The position numbers and the translations under genes were made by a program. The notes under the pieces are model-generated. The model was not told the DNA's origin, searched no databases, and was given only the letters and a program-made list of their open reading frames with translations. Of a DNA stretch of 64,000 nt, positions 50,071 to 61,455 are shown in pieces. The stretch is from Camelus ferus (lineage: Eukaryota), in the NCBI RefSeq assembly GCF_009834535.1, contig NC_045697.1:100380001-100444000 (forward strand), given 5' to 3'. Positions within the stretch are counted from its first letter, which is position 1. Every line of letters starts with the position of its first letter.

Positions 50071-51229
50071 CGTATTCCTTTTTTATTCTGCCCAGGAATG
50101 TGGCCAAAAGATATAACATTAACCAAAATGGAAAACTTAACTTTCCTTGATAGAAAGTATATCTTTACAGTCTCTCCCCTAAAATCTCTTAAATTTCTTA
50201 TAATTGGGAAAAATTATCTTCTACTCTAGAAAAAATTTCATAGCTTAGAAATAGTTTGCATTTGGCGGCTGAAAAGATTAAAACTGTAAACATCATTGAC
50301 TTAATTCTTAGGAATAGTTAAATATGTTTGCTGCAAGAAAAGAGAGACTCTTGACTGGATTGTTCAGGAAGTTTAATAAGTTTAGACACTCACAGCACCT
50401 AGTACAACTTTTCTTACACGTAGTAAATACTCAACAAATATTACATGGATAACAGAATATAGAAAGCAAAGGAGGGAGAATGAGAGATTAAAAAAAAAAA
50501 ACTCTTACCATAAACTTTGCAGGATTACTGATGTCAGAATGTCTTTCTAGACTGCTGAATTTCTGAAGATTGTCTGAGGAGTATAATATAGTTGTTTGAA
50601 TAAGTAGGGTAATTGGTCTTACTTGAAGGTATGTGTGTAGAGTCCAAATGTTTACTTCTCTTTCCCTCGAGTGTGCCTGGAGCCACCAACTCTACTGGAT
50701 GCTAATGAAACAATGGCTACCAGACAAACACGTTCTTGCCCTTAGCCAGCTCTCAGACACTCTGGTACTCTAAAGTCTCTGCTCGGGACATTGATTTTAT
50801 GGAAGCTGAGTAGGCTTTTTGAGCAGGAAGAGCTTAAAGAAGATGGAAGAGCAGTTGTCATTTGGGTCATTAAGGAACATTTACAGGAACAGGGAATCAC
50901 AGGAAATTGTTTGGGTACTTTGGATGTGCAGTCAGTGCTCAGCTGATGTGTACATTTCCAGCTCCCTCTGCCTGGAAGTGAGAATGTCAAGATTATGGAA
51001 TGAGTATGTACTCTGGGAAGGGAGGCACTAGCAGCCTAGCAAACCTGTGTAAGAATGAGAAGACAGTACTTTTAGGTACAGATCACAGCCATTAATTCTC
51101 TGTCCTCAACCCCTCTGATCCTAGGAGTTTCTGCACACCTATATTTGTTCAGGTTTTCAGCAGAATATTCCGTGGTGAACTGAAGAGCTTGGCACAGGTA
51201 GTAAGTACTATTGCCATGTTATTTAATCA

Positions 51230-51480
51230 TAGAAACATATACATATATGTATTGTATATATAAAATATATTAATTTATGTATATTTCTGTATTTATACAT
51301 AATACATTTATTAACATATTTATGTTTTCTAATTTATATTAATAAACATTAATAATTATTATAATTAATATAACTTCATATTAATTATATAGATAGTTAA
51401 TGATTACAAAATTTAAAATAAAAATTAATAAATAGATTTATTTATATTTATAAATATATTAAATGTATATATAGAGAGAG
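51230..51480. repeat. AT-rich low-complexity tract
   Basis: About 250 bp composed almost entirely of A and T. Confidence 0.95.
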
Positions 51481-52601
51481 GCTTCTCATGTTATAGAAGA
51501 ATTGGTACATACATAAAGGGGAACAATTTTCTGCTCAGTGTATGTAAAACTATGAAACAGTTTATTACCTTTTAAATAATGATAAATGTAGTATAGATGG
51601 GCTCATTAACAAGTCCTATAACTCTTAGTAGCATGATTTGGATTATAACAAAGTCCAGGAATACAAGCCTGAGTACATCACCCAGCGTGTAACAGGTACC
51701 TAAGAACACATGAACGTGATGAGTTTCGATGAGAGATTGGAGACGTTGTGTGGTTAGAACCAGAGCATCCATCAGGGAGAAAGCTGGGGTCTGGGATGTG
51801 ACCCAGGATATTCCTGGGTAATGGCAGGCGGCAAGTCTACACTCTTCGTGTACTATCTATGCACATGCTCTAAATGAATTCAAGTCCTCATTTTGCCACT
51901 TTGTAAAGATATGCACTGGACAGGTCTTGATGAGATTCTCCATTCAAGTGGCACCTGAAGATTTGGCTCCAGGGCTACAGGGCTCAGGAACAGCAACTAT
52001 GTGTTTATGTGGGTATACACTTGTGTGCCTTCAGACAAGAACAGAGAATAACATAAAGTTGCATTGTTTAAATTTTCAAGTACCGTAACTATTAATGATT
52101 TATCTCAGGTGTTCCTTTATGAGGTTTCACACTCTGAAAATAGCATTCTTAACAAATTTGTAACTGAGGTTTATGAAGTATAAGACCAGATTCATTTAGC
52201 TTTATTTTTTTTTCCTGGGTAGAGGTTGGTAGGACTACTATATAAAGTAATTCTTCAGTGGAGGATATCCCACAGAAGGGAGGATTTCAGTGGGAACTTG
52301 CTGTGGGGAAAGCCCAGGGTAAAAACCAGAAATGGCATGAATTTGGGGAGTGCTGACTTGCCCAGGCAAAGCTCTCAAAGTTACACCCCTCTTTCCCCCT
52401 ACATGGTCCTCTTCATAGCATTCGTAACAAAAGTTTTCATAACCAATCCAGAAGTCAGAGAAAAACACTGTTTGACCTTGACTTGTCTGACCTTGATCTT
52501 TTTCAGATTCTAGTTCTGTTCCTCCTTTGGGGATGTGACTTGGACCAGTATGAACAGGCAGGGCTGGGAAGTGCATGTGGCAGTAGAGATATCAGTTAGT
52601 T

Positions 52602-52796
52602 TATGATTGCCAGATTTAGCAAACAAAAATACAAGACACCTGGTTCAACTGGAACTTCAGAGTAACAAGGAATAGTGTCTTTAGTATGAGTATGTCCCAA
52701 ATATTGCATGGGACATAACACATACTAAAAATAAATTTATTGTTTACCTGCTTTTTAAGTTTAACTGGGTCCCCTGTATTTTATCTGGCAACCTTT
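52602..52796. mobile_element. MER53 (palindromic hAT-type MITE), full length
   Basis: gattgccagattt ... tttagtatgagtatgtcccaaatattgcatgggacataacacatactaaa ... tattttatctggcaacct is self-complementary about its centre. Confidence 0.92.
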
Positions 52797-53174
52797 ACTT
52801 GATTTAGTGGAGGAAACTACCATTTAAAGGTTGCCAGAGTTTCTCTATAGATATTTGTTGAGATTGTTGTTTTGCATAGTGATATTTTATTGGCCCCCTT
52901 CAGATAATCAAATGTAAAGGAGAAGGGAGGACGCACCCAGCATTCTGGGCACAGAGTCTCACAGGAATTTTTTGGTGGCTTGTCAAAGGCCACTTGTCTC
53001 AAGACTTCCTTGATATTCAGAGATGATAGCATCCAGATAGGAAGTGGGTGTGTTTGTACTGACCTTGGAGTCTCCCAAGAGGAAAGGAATTCAGGTTCTC
53101 TGAAGCCTGTTATTGGAAGTTTTCATCTAATGGAAGCCTGAATAATGGACTGACATGGTCCTGACTGACATCTT

Positions 53175-53666
53175 TGTAGGGGAGCAAAATTCACCACCCC
53201 AAATGTCTCTTTGGCATGCAGATTATCTCTAGCTGAAGACAATAAGGTACACAAAGACTTAGGATGAAACTTTGACCTTCCCTCTAACTGCCTGAAAGAA
53301 TTCACATGGGAATTTTTCTGCAATAGAACCTTTACATTTACAAAGAATATGTGCCAGGTGTGGTGGGGGCAGCTCGGCAGGGCCTCATGATCAGAGTCCA
53401 CTCTGCCCCTGATTGTCTCTGCTTGGTCTAGCAAATGTTCATTTACCAAACGTTTGTCTTCCTCCCCTTTGAAGTCCCAAACCACTATCGCCAACATCCT
53501 CTCTTGTCTTTTGCTAGAGATGGTAGTTAGGAGGAGGGTTTCAGCCATTTTGGTGAGTTACTCAGTTTTCCTGGGTTTCTCCCACATACACATGTTAGTA
53601 AACTTTTATTTGGTCTTCTCTTGTTAATTGGTCTCATGTCAATTTAAGGTTTGTATTTTCTTCACA
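53175..53666 (+). mobile_element. ERV1 solo LTR (MER34-family-like)
   Basis: tgtaggggagcaaaattcaccaccccaaatgtctctttggcatg ... tgagttactcagttttcctgggtttctccc ... agtaaa ... ttcaca, with TG...CA ends. Confidence 0.82.
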
Positions 53667-53919
53667 ATAGTTCTTGCTGTGATGTTTGATGGACTTTTTG
53701 CGACTCAACAAATTCATCAAAGAGAACAGGCCAAGCTCCATTTTCATCGAAGTTACTAAGATCAGCATGGACTGTTCTGCTGAATTTTAATACACTGCAC
53801 CATTTATTATCCAAACTAGGACACTTAAAGCATAAAAGGTGAAGCTGAAAATAATGAAAAGGCACTAATTGTTCCATAGAAGGTATTAAATGGGTCCTTT
53901 CCCAGAGAAACTGGTATGT

Positions 53920-54030
53920 GTGTTCTCCCCACACGTTCCTGGAAATTCTGACTCGATTGGCCTGGGGTGGGGCTTCAAAAGCTCAACAGGTGAATCTCAT
54001 GAGCGACTTGCTTGTGAATCACTAGCATCT
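53920..54030. mobile_element. MER5-family fragment
   Basis: aaattctgactcgattggcctggggtggggcttcaaaagctcaacaggtgaatctcatg. Confidence 0.65.
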
Positions 54031-55779
54031 TCTTGAAGTCTTTTGCGCTCTGTCCAATAGGACCTTATGTCTTTTATACCCCGAAGCCAGTAGTTGACTG
54101 AGTATCTAAATTCTGGGTATTGAGGTTTAGTCTGTAGTTGGCAGTACTCACTGCTTTTTCTGAGCCCTCTTGCTACTCTTTTCTCTTTCTTCCCGGTGAC
54201 TCTACAGATCAGAAGGAAAAATCTTGAGGCCAGTTTTACTTATTTTTCTCTAAAGAGAAACTTATTTCTTAAGCAGTGTTTCTGGAACTGTGACCTACCA
54301 TGGAGAAAGTAGATTAAAAAAATGGTTGCGCCCTTGGAAAGAATTTATTTACTCATTCTTGAATTCAGGTCATTTTAGTGAACAGAGATGAATGGTCTAT
54401 CCAATTAAGGTGAGCACCAGGCATCTCGTGTGAAGATTACTCAGACAGTCACTGACCACAGCACCCCAGCGCCTCTGGTTTGCCCAGGGAAGGCACCTAA
54501 CAGTCAGCTCTTTCAAATGAGAGAAAATCCCATTTATTACTTAACTAGGACTCAGTCTGCTAATGTAGATCTTTTACATTGCTCCTTATTGCCCTCTTAT
54601 AAAAAAAATAAGCTAATTAAAAAAACCCCAAGAAAACAATGTGTCAGTCAGCGTTATCCACGCCGTATCTGTGGTTTCTAAAGGAGTCCTTAGTCTTCCC
54701 TGTGTCCTACCGTGTGATGCCACCTGTCCACTCAGAGGTTGTTGGATAAAGTTAGGCAAGGGAATCCAGAACAGCCACAGGCACAGCAGATGACGTGAGC
54801 CAATATAGTTTCCTTTCTCTAGAACATCACCTGGCAGAAGGGGAGGAGCAGAATTTGAAGGTCAGAATGTAAGAAAGGGTGGGGAGACTGGGAGACTGGG
54901 ATGCAACCCAACCATATGAGTGTGTCAGGAAGTAAGAGAAAGCAGATGCGTGTTGTGGACAGTGTGGCATGAACATCAGTACTGGTCTGTGTGCTGTTGT
55001 TTACCACTCTGTGATTAGCAGAAAGAGAGGGAGCTAAGCTTTAGACGCTAAAACATCCAAATATTCCATTGTGTGTTTTATAGAAGTATTGGTCTGTGAT
55101 GGATTGGGGAGTGGTGAGTAGGAAGCGTTCCCTAACCCTAGGTAGTTTGACAAGCCCTGGACCAGAAGCAGTGGGTCATAGTTAGGAAGTAGGAACCACC
55201 CGCAGAAACAGAGTCATATTAATGGCTGAGTTTTAATGAAGATTCGTGTGAGTAGTTGTTGCTGAAGCCCTTAGGGCCACCTGGAGTCCTGAACCATCCC
55301 ACTGTCCATCCTATCCTATTCTTCTTGGGTTCTGATTTATTTATGGGCTTTCTTACATGTGGGTGAATTTCTGGTCCTTGCAACTACAGAACTGAAGAAT
55401 ATTTTTAAAAAAACAAACAAAGAAAACATCTGCACAATTGTATTTGGTGTTCTGATTTATTATATAGTAGGATTGAGAAGTGTCTTTAAATTTTTTCTTT
55501 TTGCATATTGAGTTGTCATACCATTGGAAATGCAGGAGTTAACAATTTATTGATTTAGTGACAGAAGTGTTGAATGGACTGGTGGACAGTTACTCAGGGC
55601 ATAACATGAGTTTGTACGTGATCCTACCTTGATACTGACTCCTGGAGCATCTGTGTTCTCTACAGAGGATTGTAAAATTGAACAAAATGTATCATAAATA
55701 ATTCTGATAGATATTCCTTCTTCTTTTCTTGCCAATAAATGGGTGCAAGGCAAGGAGGGGTAGGGGTTTTTCTTCCTAT

Positions 55780-56429
55780 CAGAGACACAAATTCAGGGGA
55801 CATTGAGCTCCAGAGAGCTGTAGGTGAGACCTGATGCCACAGTGTTATTGGTGGTCAAGAGCAGGCCAAATAAACAAAACCCTAACTGGTCAAGATGTGA
55901 AATGATTGTTGGGTCCCTGATCTTCTACAAGGTGGAAGCACACTGAGAAATCTCCTACCCTAAAGAGGGCATTTTCCCAATTATCTCTTCAGATGTGCTC
56001 AAGGAAGATAACGGAAAAGAAAGGTCATCCCAGAGTGAAGTCAAGAGCCATGGAACACAATGGACAATGGACTTATGTGCTAGTGTCAGGGCTTAGACTG
56101 GCAGCCAACCAAGGAGAAGCCACCAGCTCCTAAGTACAGAGCCCTTGAAATCCTTACAAAGATTTCAGAGTTGCTGTGGATCAGTGTCTACTGCCTTCTT
56201 CCCATTATTTTCTTTTTCCCATGGGACCACTTATGGCCATTATTCTGTCCAAATTCACATAAATAGGCTTCCAGATCAAGAGGACCCACATCTGTACACC
56301 TGTGAGATGTTTATGAGATTCTAGACTTTGACCTTGGTTTCATACTAGTTTGTCCCTCTTGAGAGAGGAGATGAATGTGCTTTGCCTGTAGAAGGAGGGA
56401 AATACACAGTTGGGATCAAAAGGGAGAAC
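55780..56429 (+). mobile_element. MaLR internal (MLT1-int) 3' region
   Basis: gatttcagagttgctgtggatcagtg ... ttccagatcaagaggacccacatctg ... gattctagactttga, with a purine tract aaaagggagaac abutting the LTR. Confidence 0.7.
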
Positions 56430-56765
56430 TGTGGTAGATTATGTTATTGTCCTCAAATATTTATTGCCTTTCTGTGGGAGGATTATACCTCTCTGTTCCA
56501 TTTGCATCATGTAACTTGCATTGGACAAAAAAATATGAGTAGAAACAGGAAGCCATTCATGGTTCTTCCTTATCTCTTTATTCCATCCTAGGAAATAGTT
56601 TCTTCATCATCTTATGTCCCAGGACAAAAAAGATATGTAATAGACTGAATCATGAACTAGGAAGGATATGTAACATGATCAAGAATTAAATTTTTGTGGT
56701 CGTATGCTCCTAAGACTATGGGTTCATTTGTTATTCCTGCATAAGTTAGCTAAGATGAGTGATTC
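56430..56765 (+). mobile_element. MaLR LTR (MLT1I-like), 3' LTR of the preceding internal segment
   Basis: tgtggtagattatgttattgtcctcaaatat ... catgtaacttgcattggac ... tttgttattcctgcataagttagctaagatgagtgat. Confidence 0.8.
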
Positions 56766-59700
56766 TCTCTCTCTTTCTATCTTTTGATTTCTTAAAGCAA
56801 AATTTTGATCCTGTTTCATAGACAGCTGTCTATCCTGTATTTTTCCTCCTTAATGGTTTTGGGAGACATTTAAAAATATTCAGCAGTGGTCTTCAAAATA
56901 TGAAGTAAATGGGTTTTTTTTACTCTTAAAGTCAACTGAAAAGTTGGGTGCATGAGAACGTATAGACAGACAGAGGTCCTCTGAGTGAGATATTAGCAGT
57001 CCCTTGGGATTTTTCTTTGCTTTTTCTAGGTGACAGTTGGATTTACGCCATGGCTTTATGAATTCATAAAGTAGTAAAAACAGTAGTAAAACTCTGGTTG
57101 GCTTTCGAAGCACCTCTGTCTGACCTGTGTGTTCCTTTATCACTTGTGTTCTAATAATTAAGACTTGGTCACCCAGAAGGTGGGTAACACAGAGAGCTTG
57201 AACATCCCTTCCTGCATTTCTTGTTATCCCCCTATTTCTTTTGCTCTTTCTTTAAATAAGAGAGAATCTACCTATTGACTTTAAGGGGATAAGGAAAAAA
57301 ATATATTCACAAGAAATAGTTGAAGCACATATGCTTTAAAAGAAAATCTATTATATGGCTTGTAATTGTCTCCTATATTTATTTTTTAACTTAACATTAA
57401 AGAAGCTGACATTCCCATGGTCTTGGAGCTAGGCTCTGGCTTTCCAGGAAAAGTAATTCAGACACAGCTATTTTATGGCAATTAAACAGCTTAGAGGAAT
57501 GCTTTTAACAATTCTGAGCCTGTCAAACAAGAAGACATTATCTAAATGCCTTTGAAAAGATTTTAGTTTCATTATTACTTCTTGTCCATTTGGGCAAATA
57601 AAATTCATGAGAGAAATGCCATTATTGTGTGTCTTATTTTAAATGTGCACAAACAATTCTGTCATACCTTCTGTAAACCCCATAGATAAAAAGATTGAGA
57701 ACTGGGAATTATTCCTTAAAGAATCAATCAGAAAAATATGTGAATTATATTTCTTCAGAATATAATTCAATAAATTGCTTATGCACAAATTTACTTATTT
57801 ACTTTTACTTTTTAGGCATCTATATCATACATAGCACCATAAACAAATACAAATAAAAACCAAAATATAATATGATAGAGATAGTGTAAGTCAGTTTCCT
57901 TCCCATAATTTAAGGATAAATAAGTGAATTTTGATATTTTTTGTTACAATAACTCTTCATTCCAAACTGTTGGTGAATCTCTCTTTTGACTTGCTCCAAA
58001 AGACATATTATTTTGGCTTTGGATTTACTTTTACAAAATGAAGTTTCCTAGCTTCATGATAAACTACATACTTTATTTCCAAGGGACTCAATCAAACAGG
58101 ATACTGTATATCCATGTTTCACTTCCTAAAAATTCCTTTAGATGTTTCTGTTTTGTATTTCATCAGAATCAATACAACAGGCCACTGGGAAAGACACCGC
58201 TTGAAGCTGGCTTCCTAACGAGATGAATTTGTCCTTTAAGGACAAACATGGCTCTTTGAAAACAGAATTTAACAAAGTTAATGAATGAAAAATATGGATG
58301 ATGGAATGCAGATACATCATTACTACCTCAGTATTTATAAGCCGAGAATCATCTATACTGGGGAGACGTCCTCTTCTACTTAGCTTGCAGGCAAGTCTGT
58401 TGCATAACACAATTTTAATAACATTTGGTTTTATAGTACAACCTGCGTTTTTATTAGAGGATATCCACTCAAGCTGAAATAACAAAAAATAGATCCACTG
58501 ATTTTTTTATTCCACGGCTAGTCTTTTTAAAGGATATAAAATGTTGAAATGACTCTTCTTTATTATATATGTGTGCCCATATGTCTTAGAAATTTAAACG
58601 TAATAGGACACGGTGATACGTTTGGGAAGGAAAAAAGGCACTTGCAAGCCGTTATTACAGATGCTATGGATTATGGGCAGGGAGCTCAGTGGGAGGAAGG
58701 GAAAAGGGGACAGAGAATTCCAAGCTATCCCTGGTTCCTTCTAAGATGCGCAGATGTTTGGGGCAGATTTTCCAATTTGAGCTGCTTTGGTGGTGCCGCA
58801 GGGCCTCCCCCTGCTGGGCTCATCTGTCACGACGCCTCTCGCGCTTGTTTTCTGCACCCAGGGTTTACGGAACTACTTTCTTTTGTCTCTTTCTGTTCGA
58901 GGTTCATTACCCTTTGACAGAGAGTCCTCCTGGTCAGGGCTGAAAATGGACGGAGGCTAGCTCTCTCGGGAAGGGCCTCATCTCCTCCACCAGAAATACC
59001 TTATTCCATTGCCCAAACAGCTCACCAACTGCCTCTCCTGCCTTCCGTTAAACCTGTCAGATCCCAGTCCTCCCGTCTCTCACACTCCAGGAACACAGCT
59101 CAGGCTCTCCAAGTCGTCCCACTGAAGCCCTTTTTGCAAAGGATAGCAGCCCACCTTTTCCCCTGGAGGTGAAACTCACAAGTTAGCGCGCGCGTGCAGG
59201 TACACCTCTTCACAAATGATATCATCATCTCCAATCCCTTGACCCTTTTAATATTCTCCTTGTAGTTTTGGAATGGCCTGACTGGTTCTCTGATATCCCT
59301 TTTAAAAATATGCATTTTGCTTTGGCACTTCTCTTTGGAATTCCAAATATAATATATTGCTGTGACTTAGCTGGAATTTCCAATTTAGCATTGTGTTACA
59401 CTGTATTAGAAAAGGTTTTATACTTCTGTTGGAAGAGAAGGGGAGAGATTAGTTACAGGCACACACATAAAAGGCCAATTACCTAATAGGAATGTTGAAA
59501 ATTAGGCAATTTTAAATTATACACAAAACACAGAGATGTGTGAGACAAGAAACTACCTGGAAGCCACATGTCCACCTCACCTCCCATCTGCACTCCGACA
59601 AGCTATTCCTCGCCATTCATAAGGGCAACGGGGATGGGCCATTTTAGTCCGACATAGTCTTAGGAAATCAACTTCCTTTGCTATGAAGAAACATGAAGGT

Positions 59701-60279
59701 GATGGTTTTAAAAGATGGTTTTTCCCACATCAGACTGCCCATTTCAAAATGTTAAAAGTAGCTAAACATTTGGTCTTATAGTACATTTATAGTACAAAAT
59801 GCATTCCTGTGTGTAATTGTATCTTTTCTTAAAGAAAGTTTAGGCATAGGCATGGTTAACGGGTTCTTTATCCACCCCATCTCTAAAATTAGAACCCTCC
59901 ACTTCCGTCCTCCTCTCTGGGTCATTCTTCCTGACATCCGATCATTTCCCAAGTACAATCAATTCTCTGCTGGTTTGATGGCTGGCATCTTAGAACATTA
60001 AAATTAGGAACGGTGTGGCCAGGTTGTCATCTTAATCCTGAAATATTTTCTGAAGCAAATGTGAGGGAAAAAACGAGCACATTCACAAATAAGAAAGACT
60101 AATGTCTATAAAGTTTCTCCAGCTTTGTCATCTGCAGAAAATACTTATTTTGCAGGTTAGGGTTTTCTGTCAGTTGGAGTAAAGGATCACTGTTAACTGC
60201 TTTTCTCAGCTCACACAGGCAGTCATTTGCCCTGTTTTCTGTGATTATACTGCTGTTACTAGCACCTCCTGTGCTGTAT

Positions 60280-60655
60280 TTTAATTGCTGTGTTAAATGG
60301 CGTCTCTCTTACTGTAAGAGAGAACTCCTTAAGGTTAAGGGTCTTACTCACCTTTGTGTCCCCGTGTCTAAGGACAATGCTTAGAACAAAGGACCAATAA
60401 ATGCTGAGTGAATGAATAAGCAGTTGAATGAATAAATGAACGAAAACTAGGATGAAATCAAATATGATTTACTTTTGTCAACATTTTGAATCTTACTGTA
60501 ATTTTTTTAATGTGTCTGTCTCGTCTTGACTGTGAGTCCTAGACGGTATGAATCTTTTCTTGCTTATTCCACCAACTTCAGCATTTAGCATTGTACCTAG
60601 TGCCTAAAATATAGTAGCTGCTCAGTTACTGTTTGTAAAATGAAGAAGTGAACGC
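60280..60655 (+). mobile_element. Two tandem LINE-2 3' ends
   Basis: First: gaactccttaagg ... aataaatgctgagtgaatgaat. Second: gactgtgagtcctagacgg ... gcatttagcattgtacctag ... atagtagctgctcagttactgtttg. Confidence 0.75.
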
Positions 60656-61400
60656 ATTAATTTATGAGATGTGCAAGAATTAGTACCCTGCGTAGTCTGT
60701 GTCTCATGCTTTCATTATGTTTACTCTTGTCCTCATTTTTGGGGGACTTGAAACTGTAGTTGAAATCCAAAAAAAAAAAAAAAAAAAGGACCTTTGGGAG
60801 TCATTTCTCTTTACTGCATCTAAAATATCAATTTTGTTTTTTAAGATAATAATGTTTGCTTTGCCTTTCCTTTTGTTCCTTTCTGTCCTTTTCTTCTCTT
60901 TCCTTCCTTTTTTTTTTCTTTCTCTGTTCTTTTTCTTAAGTAACCCAGATCTTGAATGAAGACCATGTTAACCAGTGCACTCAGGATAAGTCTTTATGGA
61001 ACTGATACTTTGGTTTATAAGCTCCATCGTCTTTGTCCAGTTCATGCTGCTGGTGTTGGATGACTTCATGAAAATGCCTGAGGTGGACAGATAAAAGGAC
61101 TACAGAGCAAGGTCATGACATGGGCTTCCATCCTGAATAATACTTGTTGCAGAATGTCCCTGGCATTAGGTAAAAATAGATAAAATATAGCATTTTCAAA
61201 GCCCTAATCTTATATCAGCACAAGTGCCCTGCTCTTGTTTTAACCCTGGCTTGGCACTGCTTGACAACAGATTACAAAAGGAAGAAATTGCTCTTTCTTG
61301 TTCACAAGACAGATCTAGTCTGCATATATCAAAAGACCAGCTCTCTTTTGCAGCCTCTGGACCACTCTCAGGCCTACAGTCTGCTTCTCTGTCCAAAAGA

Positions 61401-61455
61401 CAAAAAAGCAAAACAAAACAAAACAACAACAAAAAAAAAACCCCACAACAACAAC
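61401..61455. repeat. A-rich (CAAAA/CAA)n simple repeat
   Basis: Directly visible. Confidence 0.9.

Noticed and set aside
51230..51480. AT-rich tract as a matrix-attachment or DNA-unwinding element
   Set aside because: Sequence alone cannot distinguish it from a degenerate (TA)n expansion.
51801..51819. Palindrome ACCCAGGA-TAT-TCCTGGGT
   Set aside because: 8-bp arms are expected by chance in 64 kb.
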